From Octopus vulgaris (lineage: Eukaryota): DNA of 64,000 nt. This document shows positions 12,701 through 26,580 of this stretch, piece by piece; position 1 is the stretch's first letter; the number at the start of each line of letters is the position of its first letter. The position numbers and the translations under genes are program-made. Under the pieces are notes generated by a model that was not told where the DNA came from, ran no database searches, and saw nothing but the letters and a program-made list of their open reading frames with translations. The stretch lies in contig OX597816.1 in the NCBI GenBank assembly GCA_951406725.2, positions 83,576,001 through 83,640,000 on the forward strand, read 5' to 3'.

Positions 12701-14403
12701 GCTAGATACCGCATACAGAAGGGCGAAAGGGTTTGTGCGGTTCTGGAGGTGAAACTTTGGAGGACGAAAATAGGGGAAACGAAAATCAGAAGTAAAGGTA
12801 ACACGTGACCTCCCTGCTCCGAAAAAAAGAAAAGAAAAAGAAGCCATCGTTGTAGCGGTAGAAAAGGGAACATGAAAAGGACCCGTGCTTGCTAACTAAT
12901 GTTTGGAATGTGTTGACGAGCGACATAGAATCAGTCAGTTGAATGGCAATTTTCTGGATGTGATCTAGCACTGTGCCTGACATGGAGCTATTGCAGCATG
13001 ATCCATTGTGACACACATTTTATTGTATATTGGTAGTTGCTGGTGGTGTAAGTATTTTGCACTGAATAGAAAAATCAGTCTTTGTGATTATGTCATTTTG
13101 ATTTACCGAAATACAATTTATTTATCTGTAATTAATCATAGCTTTAGGTTCTGTTTCAATATTTCGGGGGGATTTTGTTGATGTGAAAAGAGCATTGCCA
13201 AAATATGTTCCTTATATTGTGCAAGAATAAAAAATACTCTAAGAAAATGGTGCCACAACAAAAGATCATCCCGTGTCTGTTGACAGAGATGTTTAAGGAA
13301 AGGTAAAGCAAGTGAGGTAATATTTAAGGATAAAATAATAGAATTCAAAGTACCATTTTGTGAACTCTCTAGCCCAGTTTTCTTTCTGGCTTCTGTTGGA
13401 AATATTGAAGAATATGCTGCCAACCATTCTGATTTCATAGAAGAAATGCTAGCTGCGCCTAGTAATAATAACAAAATGAAAGAAAACATGAAAACATTGT
13501 GATCAATTAAGAACAATAATGCTGCTCTTGTTTTATCATTTGGAGTCCTAAATTATGGTGGGTGGACGGATGTGTAAGAATGGAAAGTGCAATATACTTG
13601 CGTTTATACTACACAGAAAATAAAGGAGAAAAACATGGTGTCAGAAAAATACAAATGTGGCTCCAAAAGGGTGTAGCAATTATGTACGGTTAAATTTTTG
13701 TCTTTGTTCTATAGAACACGACTTGTATTTCCAGATTTACTCATGAAATAGCCGTCACCCAGTTTAACACTATTATCTGGTATTGTAAGTGTCCTTACCG
13801 GTTTCTACTCTGCTGTGAACATTCAGGCCAGGACATTGTGAGTGACACATTGCTCTTTCCCACTAACCTTAGAGGCCCTGTAAAAAATCATGAGCATTCA
13901 CATTTCTTCTGACTAAACAATAAAAAAATCAATATGAGAAAGTCCCAGCTCCAGTGTATCGTAATTTTATTGCTTTAAAGTACTCCTCTTATAGTTATAT
14001 TCGAGGTTTACATGTTTTTTAGTTTCAGTTAAGTTATTCTTGCGGTTTAGCTTTTCTCACATTATACTGCGGGGAGATTTTTTAAAATCGAAACCCAGCG
14101 TGCGTTTAACTAAAATACGCATCATATCACTGCATAAATAAGTGTCACAGCCTCACCACCACTGATCTACGTAGTCGTTGGACTTGCTGGAAATAGTAGT
14201 CAAACCCTACCCCGCATATCGTTCTCCACTTTCTTCAAACATACAGTCCATAATAGTGTTCTGCGAAAAAGGAGAACATTCACGGCTGACATATATTTCA
14301 TCTAGGTTTACTTTTTGATCAGGGCCAATCTTTTGAAGAGGGTTGAGGATGGAGGTATACAACAACAATAACAACACACACACAAACTTCTTAATATATT
14401 TAC

Positions 14404-14612
14404 CTGGTGATGTTGCTCCTAGTTTTCCGTTTAAGATGTTTCCGTTTAAATGATGATGTGGGTTAGGGATAAGGGTTGGTCCAGGAGATAAATCGTAACC
14501 GTAGCTCGGTCTTCGACCCTCCCTTCGGTTACCATCAATGGCTGCCTGCAATTCCTGTGGGGAGCTGAGTTTTAATTTCTCGCACTCGTATGGGTAGAGG
14601 TATTTCATGTAT
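14404..14612 (-). CDS. ARID3: ARID3 family internal coding exon (end of ARID plus extended ARID and linker)
   Basis: Acceptor cattgcag|A completes the CA+A Gln codon from the previous exon, then YMKYLYPYECEKLKLSSPQELQAAIDGNRREGRRPSYGYDLSPGPTLIPNPHHHLNGNILNGKLGATSP. ELQAAIDGNRREGRR is the eARID signature of ARID3. Donor G|gtaaat; 209 nt, phase 2 in, phase 1 out. Confidence 0.93.
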
Positions 14613-14664
14613 CTGCAATGGATAGTTGACAAAATAGTTGTAGTAGAATATGTGAAGATATTAG

Positions 14665-15310
14665 CTTCAAATTTTGGCATAAGGACAACACAATCGGTGC
14701 AGCTGGGTAAATCAATTACATCGACCCAGTGCGCAACTGGTAGTTATTTTATTGATCCCGAAAGGATGAAAGTCATAGTCGACTTCGGCGAAATTTGAAC
14801 TCAGAACATAAAGATGAACAAAATACTATTAAGCACTTTGTCCGGCGTGCTAACGATTCTGCCAACACATCGCCTTACTGATTAGTAAAAATAGTCTTTC
14901 CTACTCTAGGCACAAGGCCTGAAATTTTAGGCAAGTGGGCCAGTCGACTAGATCGACCCCAGTACGCGACTGGTACTTTAATTTATCGACCCCGAAAGGA
15001 TGAAAGGCAAAGTCGACCACGGCGGAATTTGAACTCAGAACGTAAAGATAGACGAAATACAGCTTAACTAACGTTTCTTATTTCTTTTCTGCCCACAAGG
15101 GGCTACACACAGAGGGGACAAACAAGGACAGACAAACGGATTAGTCGATTATATCGACTCCAGTGCGTAACTGGTACTTATTTAATCGACGCCGAAAGGA
15201 TGAAAGGCAAATTCGACCTCGGCGGAATTTGAACTCAGAACGTAACGGCAGACGAAATACCGCTAAGTATTTCGCCCGGTGTGCTAACGATTCTGCCAGC
15301 TCGGCGCCTT
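14665..15310 (-). mobile_element. Three head-to-tail copies of the dominant SINE family (about 14665-14877, 14896-15060, 15073-15310)
   Basis: Diagnostic block repeated three times; the third copy carries a different tail (gcccacaaggggctacacacagaggggacaaac). Confidence 0.88.
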
Positions 15311-15714
15311 TGATGATTAAAACATTGCGTAAGAGTTGTAGCTGTTGTTCTTGTGCATGCGGATATAAATATTATTGTTGTTGTGATAACGATAGTATAG
15401 CCATAAGCCGTAAGCTGACCAGCCTTCTTGGATTTGGTAGACGGATTGTGTGTGAATATGCGTGTGGGCGTGTATGTGTGTGTGTCGGGGTGTGTTTGTG
15501 AGTGTGCGCGTGCGTGTTTGGATTATTTAGTTTTATCATGTAGTCCTTCAATTGTTTAGCGGGATCCACTCAGTTACATATAGTTTTGTACACATAACAG
15601 TAACCTTAAGATACTGCGTTAAGATACTGCGTTCCCTGCGTTTGACTCGGGGACCCTGCAAGGGACCATGGCAGTAGTCCCTTTTTTCCTTACTAAACCA
15701 TACATATATTATGA

Positions 15715-15789
<75 letters not shown>

Positions 15790-15872
15790 CATCCACCACT
15801 GTTATATGTGTACATACATTATGTGTGTGTGTGCATGTGTGTGTGTACATATATGACTGTAAATACATACGT

Positions 15873-15940
<68 letters not shown>

Positions 15941-16734
15941 GAATTTTTAACGTGATGAGATAAGAAAAACAAGGCTGTGTAGATAGAACATTGTACACAC
16001 CTTTGGTTTTTTTATTCTCATTACGCAAAAAATTCTTATAGACAAACGCTGATATGTGACCAACGTTGAACCCCTTATTCGCAAAATCACCGAACCTGGA
16101 ACTTAACTATGGTGTGTCTATAGCACTTATTCAAGCATTACCTGACACCTTTGGGTCTCAATGACACCATTACCTCTTATATATATATATGAATATATAT
16201 TTTCTATTCGCAACAAAGTGACTCAAGGGCAGAGAGTTTCGTGCATTACCACTTATAATACGTATATATGCATATATGAGTCTGTATATACATGCATATG
16301 TGTGTGTATGTATGTGAGAGAATATATGTCCCAATGTGTAGATTTTTTGCAGACATGCAAATAATTCACTAGCTGACCACGTGCCGTAAATAATGACGGC
16401 TAATTGTAGTATTTTATATATAAATAAGGTACAAAATACGGCACATAATAATCTCACATACAAACATTCACATACTTCCCTTGTACATGCACTCACATAC
16501 ACACATATACTCACACAGAGTAGAAACGCTGATTTTTTCACCCCTTCCTACCTTATTCATCTATCACCTCTTCCTTTCTCTCATTGCTATTACTTTCTCT
16601 CTCTCCCTCTCAGTCAGGCCTATTACTCTCATTACTTCTCTTTCACTAAATTACTATTTTCTCTCCTCCTCCTCCGCGTCCGGCGTGATTCTGGACTAAT
16701 ATATGTATATATATATATATAAAAAAATAAATAA

Positions 16735-16939
16735 ATGCACCCTTTTAAAGCCTAGCCAGGCTCATGGGCCCTGTTTCCCGGTTTCTATGGCGTATGTGTT
16801 TTCCAGCTGGACGGGACGCCAGTCCATCGCAGCGTTACCCATTTTTGTCTGCTGAGTGAACTGGAGCAACGAGAAATAAAGTGCTTTGCTCAAGAACACA
16901 ACGCGTCGCCGGTCCAGGAATTGAAACCACAATCGTACG

Positions 16940-16943
<4 letters not shown>
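16735..16943 (-). mobile_element. 5'-truncated SINE with CORE-like segment and the tail of the 4068-4366 SINE
   Basis: tttcccggtttct..gcgtatgtgtt..ccagctggacgggacgccagtc.atcgcagcgttac shared with ~4099-4167; minus strand has ttgagcaaagcactttatttctcgttgctccagttcactcagc. Confidence 0.7.
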
Positions 16944-16997
<54 letters not shown>

Positions 16998-17603
16998 CAT
17001 ACATACATATATATATGTATATGCGTATATATATATATATATATATATACATATATATACATACAAATATATAAAAACACTACGCTCATTATGCCCCCTG
17101 TTACCGAAATTTGACACTTTGCGTTGTCTTTGAGTGCCTTTGTACTCTTATTCATTCTGCAACTACTTATATGTTGGTATTATATTTAACTCTTAGTATT
17201 TTTCATCAGGATTATTATAATTATTATAGTTACCATCGCCCTTGTGGCAGATATAGAAACAATTTTTATTATCAATACTATCATTGTTATTATCAATGTT
17301 ATTATTATTTAATTTTATGGTTGCGAGTTTGCTTATTGCTTCAGTTGTTACATATTGTTGTTGTTGTTGTTGTTGTTATTATTATTATTATTATTATTTT
17401 GGTAACAAGTTGGATTGCCTGTTTTAATAATTAAGACCAAAAGAATCAGCTAAGTGTGATTCTTGAAGAATCTCAAGGAACACGTTGCCAACTTGGTCTC
17501 TAGAGGAAAGGTTTAATGCAGCGTTTGATAGAATTTCATGAGTTGAAAGAAAGAATGAGCGAATTATATATACATGCATACATGCATACGTGCATATATA
17601 CAT

Positions 17604-17644
<41 letters not shown>

Positions 17645-17682
17645 TACATATATTTATACATAAATAGACACACATACATACA

Positions 17683-17790
<108 letters not shown>

Positions 17791-17923
17791 ATATACACAG
17801 AGATAATTGGATAAGGTAGGTGCAGACTGATAAATTAGATAGATAGATAAATAGATAAATATAGATCGATAGATTGATAGAGAGATTGATAAATAAATAG
17901 ATAGACAGACACAGACAGACAGG

Positions 17924-17977
<54 letters not shown>

Positions 17978-18311
17978 TGCTGGAAAAGAGTGTGCTAGAT
18001 TAATGGTTAGATAGAGAAGATTTATATCTTCTAAATAAGCGTAACTTTGATCAGGTGAGAACGAAAATGCAGTTCACTGAGGAGGAGCAAGTGGTGGAGG
18101 AGTGTGAGTTTTGTGGGTAACTGCGAAAATAGGAGAAATGAGAAAAAGAATACGAAACGCAAAGCTAAATCACATACATTGTTTACACTTAAACACTGGT
18201 AATATGTAATATACGTTATTACACACATAGGCCCACACACACACACACATATGTATATATATATATATATATATATACACGTCTATATATATATATACGT
18301 ATATATATATG

Positions 18312-18356
<45 letters not shown>

Positions 18357-18424
18357 CGGGAAGCTTTATGATATATATATATATATATATATAACGGGAA
18401 GCTTTATGAAAATAAACAAAAGAC

Positions 18425-18700
18425 GTGGCCTAGTAGTGAAGATGTTGCACACACAATCGCAAGATCGTGATTTCAATTCCTGGACCGGGTGGTGCATTGT
18501 ATTCTTGCGCAAAACACTTCATCTCACATTGCTCTGCGATCACTTTGACACCTGACGAGTGGTACACCGCACACCTGCTCGGAAACGTTGATTTTATAGA
18601 AGGGCGGAGCTAATGTACACTACATACATTTGATCACTACAAACAAACCAGTTGAGCAGGTCTGCTCAGCAAGAAATTACAGAACCTTTTTTTCTCGGAC
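18425..18700 (+). mobile_element. Degenerate tRNA-derived SINE
   Basis: gTGGCCTAGTAG A-box-like, gatttcaattcc B-box-like, then gcaaaacacttcatctcacattgctc related to the 16.8 kb copy. Confidence 0.55.
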
Positions 18701-19062
18701 TACGGGAGACTATTTTCGTTATATTATTTAATAACTGGCTTCTGGTTCCAGTCATTTGAGTGAACCCATTACCTAGACATCGCCTTCAAGTACCTAGTCG
18801 ATTACGCCTAGCGTAATACATATTTAATTTGGTTCTTATTTTTTTATCACTAGTTTTCACCATATTGCAGCATACCGCGAGCCGCAACATAACCAACACT
18901 CCTTTTCAGAGCAGTGAAACATAGATAGTGAAAACAACACAACACTCTCACGCGCGTAAAGTGTGTGCATTTGAATGTGTATGTGAATGTGTCTATCAAT
19001 TAGATTATGAGTATGCGTCTGTAAGTATATGTTTGTGATATTGTTTTCTAAATATTCTTTAC

Positions 19063-19506
19063 AAATTTTTGGCACAGGTTCAATAATTTCAGGAAAGGGG
19101 ATAAGCCATTTACATCGACCCCAATGTTCAACTGGTACTTATTTTATCGATCCCGAAAGGGGTGAAAGGCAAAATCAACTACAGTAGAATTTTAACCTAA
19201 AACGTAAAGACGGACGAAATGCCGCTAAGCATTTTGTCAAGTTTGCTAACGATTCTGCCAGCTGTCCACCTTATATTGATTTATAAATATTGGTTTCAAA
19301 TTTTGGCACAGGGCCAGCAATTTTGAGGGAGGGCGTATGTCGATTACATCGATCCTAGTCCTCAACTGGTACTTATTTTATCGACCCTGAAAGGGGGTGA
19401 AAGGCAAAGTCAATCTCGGTAGATTTAAAATTAGAATGTAAAGACGGAAGAAATGCCACTAAGCCCTTTGTCCGGTATGCTAATGATTCTACCAGCTCGC
19501 CGCCTT
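19063..19506 (-). mobile_element. Two tandem dominant-family SINE copies
   Basis: aaattttggcacagg...actggtacttattttatcga..c.gaaagggg.tgaaaggcaaa...aaagacgga.gaaatgcc.ctaagc repeated twice. Confidence 0.85.
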
Positions 19507-20649
19507 CAATATTGGTTTATAAATATTGTAATTCTTAAATTTCTATGGATATTTGAAATTCCATAGATAAACGGAAGAATGAACTGGTCTACGTATCATA
19601 ATAAATAATAAAATTCTGAAGTAATTCCTAAAACACGCTTAATATACAACGTCCAATTTTCGGAAGAGAAATTTAATTTATGCCAGTAAATTAGTAAAAA
19701 TAGTTAAAAAATTAAATACGGGGGGGAAAAAAATTAGTGTGAGAACTTTCTAAGCGAGTATGTCGTCATTTTGTTGTTAACGTAATATTGAATTGTAAAT
19801 TAAAATAAAATTATTTGCCGTTTCTCATTTATTCTGACGAAAGAAAGCATTCATAGAAATTGATATTTATGTTATATGCAAATGTTTTGTAGGGAAAGAA
19901 ATACAGCGATTACCTCCTTTTTTTTTCCTATATTAGACGTTTATGCCAAAATTCTAATTAAGTTGATTCACGATTTCTCGCCAGAGGTAAAAGAATAAAG
20001 TTAAACAGAATGAAAGAATAAAAGAAATAATAATAAAAAATAATAATCGCAAAACCTGCTTCACTTTATTATATTTTAGGCTTGCAATTGCAACAGGCAT
20101 GTTTGTTGTCATTTACCTTAATTATTATCAGCATTATTATCATCATTATCATCCTCATCATCACTGCTGCTGCTATTGCTTTTCTTCATGGTGTTCTTTT
20201 TTTTTTTGATTTTCTACGTATTAATATTGCTGTTGGCAGTTTTAATTTTTTTTTTCAAGTTTTATCTTCCACGTGTCAGTTTAACCTCGGTGTTATTTAA
20301 AAATCTCTATTTATTATTTAGTTTCGTCAGGCAACTGGTATTAGCTGGAAAGCCGGGGAGGGGAGGAGGAACAAGAGGAAGAGGAGAAAAAGAGGAAAGG
20401 AGGAGGAGAATGAACATGAATTGTGAGAGGAAATGAGTTATATTCTGAATCAATGTACCTCACTCTAAATTAAAACCTGATTACTTTACTATTTCCTCCA
20501 TCACCTTTCTTGCTTAAATAAGAACCAGTAATACACAACGGTGGGTTAAAACAATTGTAAATCCTTCACTCTAAATTATAGTATTATGCATAATGTAGCA
20601 AAATCCGTATATTTTTAACCGGCCTTGTTAAGTTGTAGTCTGTTTACAT

Positions 20650-22340
20650 ACGGAATGATAAATAGACGTTCGCTTTCGATTAAATTGAGAACAATCAAGA
20701 GAATACTTACCAGTGGAAAATCTCTTTTAATCCTACAATCGTCAAAGGATTTCAAGTAATCTCATCATTCGCAGATAAAGCCAAACTATTTGTAAGAACT
20801 TTGCATCAAATTCCACGCTAGAGGATTCTAACCATTCTTTTCAGAATTTCCCACGCTTACTAAAATAGCTTTATTTTTAAATTTAGAATATCTGCCTGGA
20901 AATTTTCTAAAATCATAAATGATACTCAGCAACTGGTCCTGGTCAAATGCTTCTCATTGTTTTTAAAGAACTAACCCTTGACATTACTTGAATTCTAGCG
21001 AAGTTTTTAATCATTGTCTTAAGAAAAAGTTTGCTTTCCTAGTTTTTGAAACATTCCGTAGTTTGCCAATTTTTAAAGAATCCTGTTGAGCGTATTGAGC
21101 GTCTTCCCCATTTCAATATATGCCAATTAACCTGCCTAACATCAAAAGGAAGATAACTCTTTCATTAACAACCATGTCATTAAACACATGAATAAAACTA
21201 ATTTTTTTCTTTTTTGGAAGCACTCCGTCGGTTACGACGACGAGGGTTCCGGTTGATCCGATCAACGGAACAGCCTGCTCGTGAAATTAACGTGTAAGTG
21301 GCTGAGCACTCCACAGACACGTGTACCCTTAACGTAGTTCTCGGGGATATTCAGCGTGACACAGAGAGTGACAAGGCCGGCCTTTGAAATACAGGTACAA
21401 CAGATACAGGAAGTAAGAGTGAGAGAAAGTTGTGGTGAAAGAGTACAGCAGGGATCACCACCATCCCTGCCGGAGCCTCGTGGAGCTTTAGGTGTTTTCG
21501 CTCAATAAACACTCACAACGCCCGGTCTGGGAATCGAAACCGCGATCCTACGCCCGCGAGTCCGCTGCCCTAACCACTGGGCCATTGCGCCTCCACGAAT
21601 AAAACTAATATATTCAGTTGGAAGCAGTAAGGAGTCTTCTAGACTCCTAATCATCATTCTTAGGACAAGCAGTGCAATGAATATCAGTTTCGATACTTGT
21701 GTTAACTTTGCTTTATACACCTTTGACAAGCTATGGTATAGAGAATCACTTTATAAACTCAACAGCTCTGGCAGTGTTGTAACAGAGAATAAAAACATTT
21801 CCTTGTTTGGATAGGTTCGGTCTAGAATTCGCTCCTGATTTTTACTGAAACTCAAATATTACGTCTGTTGCCTGAGTGATGATTAGAATAGTGGGGTTGG
21901 CTGACCTCTCAAAAATGTTTTCATCTGATGCATTATTGTATCTCTCTAAGAACTGGATATGTCTCCAAAATGGAATCCTCCTCTCTCATTTAAGTAGGTT
22001 CCTTCAAAAGTGTGCTGTTTACTTGCGACAAAATGCAGATTCAAACGCGTAGTCGGCAATCTTGGTGTTCACTCCATCACTCCAACCACTCTATCATTGA
22101 CAGAATGTCGCAAGTCTGACTCTTTTCTTCTGTACTAGTATAAAAGATATTTGTGTGCGCATCAATCAATACAAGTCCTGCCAGTCCGAAAATTTCGTAG
22201 CAGAACTCGGAATACCAAATTTAGCGAATCGCATTACTGTTTCCTGGATAACTTATGAACGCTCAAATTTCTGCGCACAAAACCATTTTTCCCATAACAG
22301 CTGAACTGTGGAATAAATTTTTACCCGATTGTTTTCTTAC
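20650..22340 (+). mobile_element. Decayed CR1/jockey-like LINE ORF2 remnant, interrupted by a SINE
   Basis: Fragments VISSFADKAKLF, NFASNSTLEDS, ATGPG, FINNHVIKHMNKTN, FDKLWYRESLYKL and FFPITAELWNKFLPDCF in colinear order with many stops and frameshifts. Confidence 0.7.
21203..21596 (-). mobile_element. Full-length tRNA-derived SINE with 13-bp TSD and A-rich tail
   Basis: Head gtggaggcgcaaTGGCCCAGTGGttagggc...GGTTTCGATTCCc (Pol III A and B boxes); TSD gaataaaactaat at 21190-21202 and 21597-21609. Confidence 0.9.
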
Positions 22341-23070
22341 AAACCACATTAAATTAAGATTTTTACAATTACCTTTTCCTAATTCTGTCAGTTTTCCTTA
22401 ATTAAACGTTTTTATCGGTACTTTTATTATCATCTCATTTAATTTCATTGTATTGGCTCCTTTATTGTAAGCTCATTTACAGTGTTTCATAATTATCGTT
22501 TTTTTTCATTACCATCACATGTATTTTCATTCAAAAATTTTATGAACTAATTTTACTGCCATGTAAAATTATTACCTCGACTATGCATTACTGGAAAATG
22601 TTTTTGTATTAGCGGCGTTCTCACATTCCCATTGTAAAAAAAGTACTTTTAATAGCGTACTTAGAAAGCTTTCGAATGAGATAATAAATACGGAGTACTA
22701 GGGACGCACTCGAAAATCGATACGGTTTCACATACCTGGATCGGTGATTTAGTATCGCTTCTTCTGCAAAGCTATAAATCACAAAACATACAATAGTAAC
22801 TTGCACTGCAGCACATTTCAGTTCTTGGATGAAGCCAGGAAGGCTACTCTTCACGAATTAATTTCTTTTTATCCTTCACTAATCTACAGTAATTACTAAT
22901 TACAAAGTTGTACTATAATATGTAGTGTACATCAGTGACAAAAGAACTATGTTAGATATGAGCTATGCGTACATTGAAGGGTAAGGGATCTTAGAGCTCA
23001 GAGATAAAATAAAGAGGTAGCATCATGATTTGAAACGGATATTCTATAGTAAGTTGACCGATATTGTATG

Positions 23071-23104
<34 letters not shown>

Positions 23105-23413
23105 TTCTAGTTGTCAGTTTTGGGACTGAGCAGTAGTATATAGTTATTTGCATATAAAATGCATCGATACGTCTTGCCCTCTCATCGAATTGACATATCA
23201 ATTTATATAGATGAAAATACAAAATTAGAAAATCATAATCAACTGACTGCAGGAACAAAATCTCAAAACACACTAAGGTAAAAATGAAATGAACGTATAT
23301 CTACGTAAGTTGATTAAATTAAATTACAAGACAGATGTATTGCAGTTAAAAGTCGTGCCAGATTTAATTTGAAAGAGTTGAATTTTATATATATATATAT
23401 GTATATATATATA

Positions 23414-23726
<313 letters not shown>

Positions 23727-25188
23727 TACACATAGAAGGAAATAATTAGATTGATAAATAAGTAAAAGATAGAGGAGAGAGAGGGGCGTGCAATGGAAAG
23801 AATTGGATAGATTGATAAATAGATATATTTTGAATATTTTGAATTTTAATTTTATGTAAATTCCTTCTATATATTTTACAGTAATTTTTTCCTAAATTTC
23901 AAACATTTATTTTCTGTATATTTTATTCAATCTAATCACTTTCCATTTATATATATATACAAATTATATGCATAAGTGAATATGTCTGCGCGTGTGAGTG
24001 TATGTGTGTGTTGATATATGTATATATATAAATATATATACACATATATACGTACATGAATACACGCACATATTTGAATGTGTATACATATGTGAAAGTG
24101 CATACACAAAGAGATTTATTTCATATACTTTGTATTCAATTATATGTTCCTTTATTAGTTGGTATATTAATATATATGTGTGTCTACGTATGCGTGTGTG
24201 TGTGGTGTTGATATATAACATGAATAAATGCATAAATATTAGAGAATAGAATTCGGTATTAAAGCATTGTACTAGTTGTATTTCTACAGTCTCTAGATAA
24301 TACAGAAATGAAGTATAATTCCATGAAATACACGTGAATTTTATTTAAATAAACTCAGTATTTAATGGAGATTTTTATGTATAGTCTTTATAATCTTACT
24401 TATATTTATAGATAATTTTAGTTTTTTGTCTTCATTGTTAACTTATTTTGGACAGAAAATATTTTTTAATTACGAAAATCAGCAACAAAATATATTTGAA
24501 ATAAATATTTGTCATTGGTATTTATACGTAGATTTATATACATACAACAAACAGCGTGCGCACAAAATCACATACACACACATAGATATTTGTACAAATA
24601 TGCATAGATAGAATCGCAATTTAGGAAAGTTTTTCTCATGTGTGCGAGTGGGGAAGTTAAGGAGCGAATGTACTTGCGTGTGTATGTGTGTGAATTAATT
24701 ATACTTTGATTTCTTCAAAATTGATGCAAAGTGCATTTTTATCAACAAGGAGCACAGACGCGGTCACTTTCAATATTGTATAATTTATGACTATTTTGTA
24801 AATATTTTATGAAAGACTGTGTTGCCCCCTCTGATTCTAAAAATTCAGAACAAAAACAACTGAAATTAAAATATTTTGAATCGTTCAATCTTGACGTCTA
24901 CTGTTTTTGCCAATAAGAACTGTGGAATCCAATCTTTTCAGAACACACACGCGCGCGCGCAATCAACATTTCAACGACTACGTGAGTAAAAGTGTCGCAC
25001 ATACATTTCTTCACTTAAGCAACTTCAGTGAAATGAAAATAGCTTCGGTTTGTTGTTCTTGCCTTTACGCTTCTTATCACATGAAATAAATTTGGCCAAT
25101 CATGAATCCATTTCCTATATCAATTTCTGGTTATTTTCAAAGACAATATTTCCTTCAAGACTAGTATAACCGACGGACAACTTCTGAG

Positions 25189-25237
<49 letters not shown>

Positions 25238-25239
<2 letters not shown>

Positions 25240-25483
25240 CAAAATATTAGGGAATAAATCCAAACTTACAGGGAAAAATCAGATTTAGGATTGAATCCAA
25301 TTTTATAGTAAAATATTATATTATATTAAATTAGAGATAAAACCACTATTAGGCAAATCATACGATGAAAAATTTAAGCCAATACATAAGATTAATTAAT
25401 TTATATTATTTTAAATATATATAAAAATTATTAAAAAACGATAATGAGTATAACACTACGATCGTTTCATGGCTGTCCAATTC

Positions 25484-25485
<2 letters not shown>
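25238..25485 (-). mobile_element. (TA)n-embedded AT-rich element retaining the 3' half of a hammerhead-like motif
   Basis: Flanked by (TA)n on both sides; minus strand has GAAA CGATCG TA near 25457-25468, 5' core absent. Confidence 0.35.
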
Positions 25486-25520
<35 letters not shown>

Positions 25521-25554
25521 TAGATAGATATGTTTCTTTATTAGCCACACAGGG

Positions 25555-25698
<144 letters not shown>

Positions 25699-26042
25699 TG
25701 TTTTGAATAAAGTCTGTGTTTAAATGTGATGACTAGTATGCGAAAACATCATTTGAGGTTAAAACCATTACCACATAACGATAAAAAGTTCGCCTCCAGC
25801 GAGATATCTTTCGGGGAGCGTGCCTATGGACGTATTGGTTTTCTTAGTATAAAAAGTAAGTGATATAAGGCAAACAAAGAATTAGTAGGGAGAGAGATGG
25901 TGAAGAGAATGGCGACAGAGAGAGCTCGCCACAGCAACATAGAGTTAGAGAGTGAAAGCAGAAAGGCAGAAACAGGATGATGGTCAGAGACAGGGTCAGT
26001 GAAAACGATAGGGATATGGAGTTAAGATTTTAAATCACTCAC

Positions 26043-26226
26043 TGTGTTCTCAATGTGAACGCTGCACTTGTTATGGACGAAGGCAAATTTAACCCTTTTG
26101 TAATCTCTCTCCATAATTTTTTGTTTATAACTTCAACGAGCCCTCCTTTTGATACAACCAATCGAAATAATTCGTATAGATCCAACGTTTGCTTTGCCAT
26201 AATTGGTATTCTGTTGACAGGTGTAC
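26043..26226 (-). CDS. ARID3: ARID3/dead ringer (retained)/Bright family transcription factor, internal coding exon encoding the ARID core
   Basis: Translates (G)TPVNRIPIMAKQTLDLYELFRLVVSKGGLVEVINKKLWREITKGLNLPSSITSAAFTLRT(Q), the ARID3-type ARID core. Acceptor tctttctcttacag| at 26226 and donor CA|gtgagt at 26043; 184 nt, enters phase 1, exits phase 2. Confidence 0.95.
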
Positions 26227-26362
26227 CTGTAAGAGAAAGAAACAATTGTATTTAACAGATCAAAGATGGGCTTTTTTCTCTAGTAGTGGGGCTCAACGTA
26301 AATCGCGCCACACCGCTAAAGGGGTTATATGACAAACAAAGTACTAATTAAACCATATCATA

Positions 26363-26580
26363 TATGATGGGTGCTGAAAAGTTCCTGCCTTTAAGGGTAT
26401 CGCGAAAGGCCTGGTTGGAAGCCTAGCTTTCTGAGTTCTTTTATCGGGCTTAGAAAAACTGAAGGACAGTTGCAATAAATGTGAATCTGAGTGGGGAATA
26501 TATTGAATAAAATCATAATTAATTCATCCTCCTATATTTCCTTTCACCCAAAGTCAGGAACTTTTCAGCACCTCCTCGTA
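26363..26580. mobile_element. Mariner-type MITE, same family, opposite orientation
   Basis: TA tgatgggtgctgaaaagttcctg ... caggaacttttcagcacctcctcg TA; ~140 bp from the ARID exon acceptor. Confidence 0.85.

Noticed and set aside
14207-14680. 157-aa ORF as a complete protein
   Set aside because: Only 14404-14612 is ARID3-like and bounded by splice sites; the rest is intron read-through, partly SINE.
18552-18592. CTGACGA...GGAAACGTT as a hammerhead
   Set aside because: The stem would have to use G8/A9, stem I does not pair, and it lies within a SINE body.
21520-21596. tRNA gene
   Set aside because: A and B boxes are present but it continues into a SINE body with tail and TSD; no full cloverleaf.
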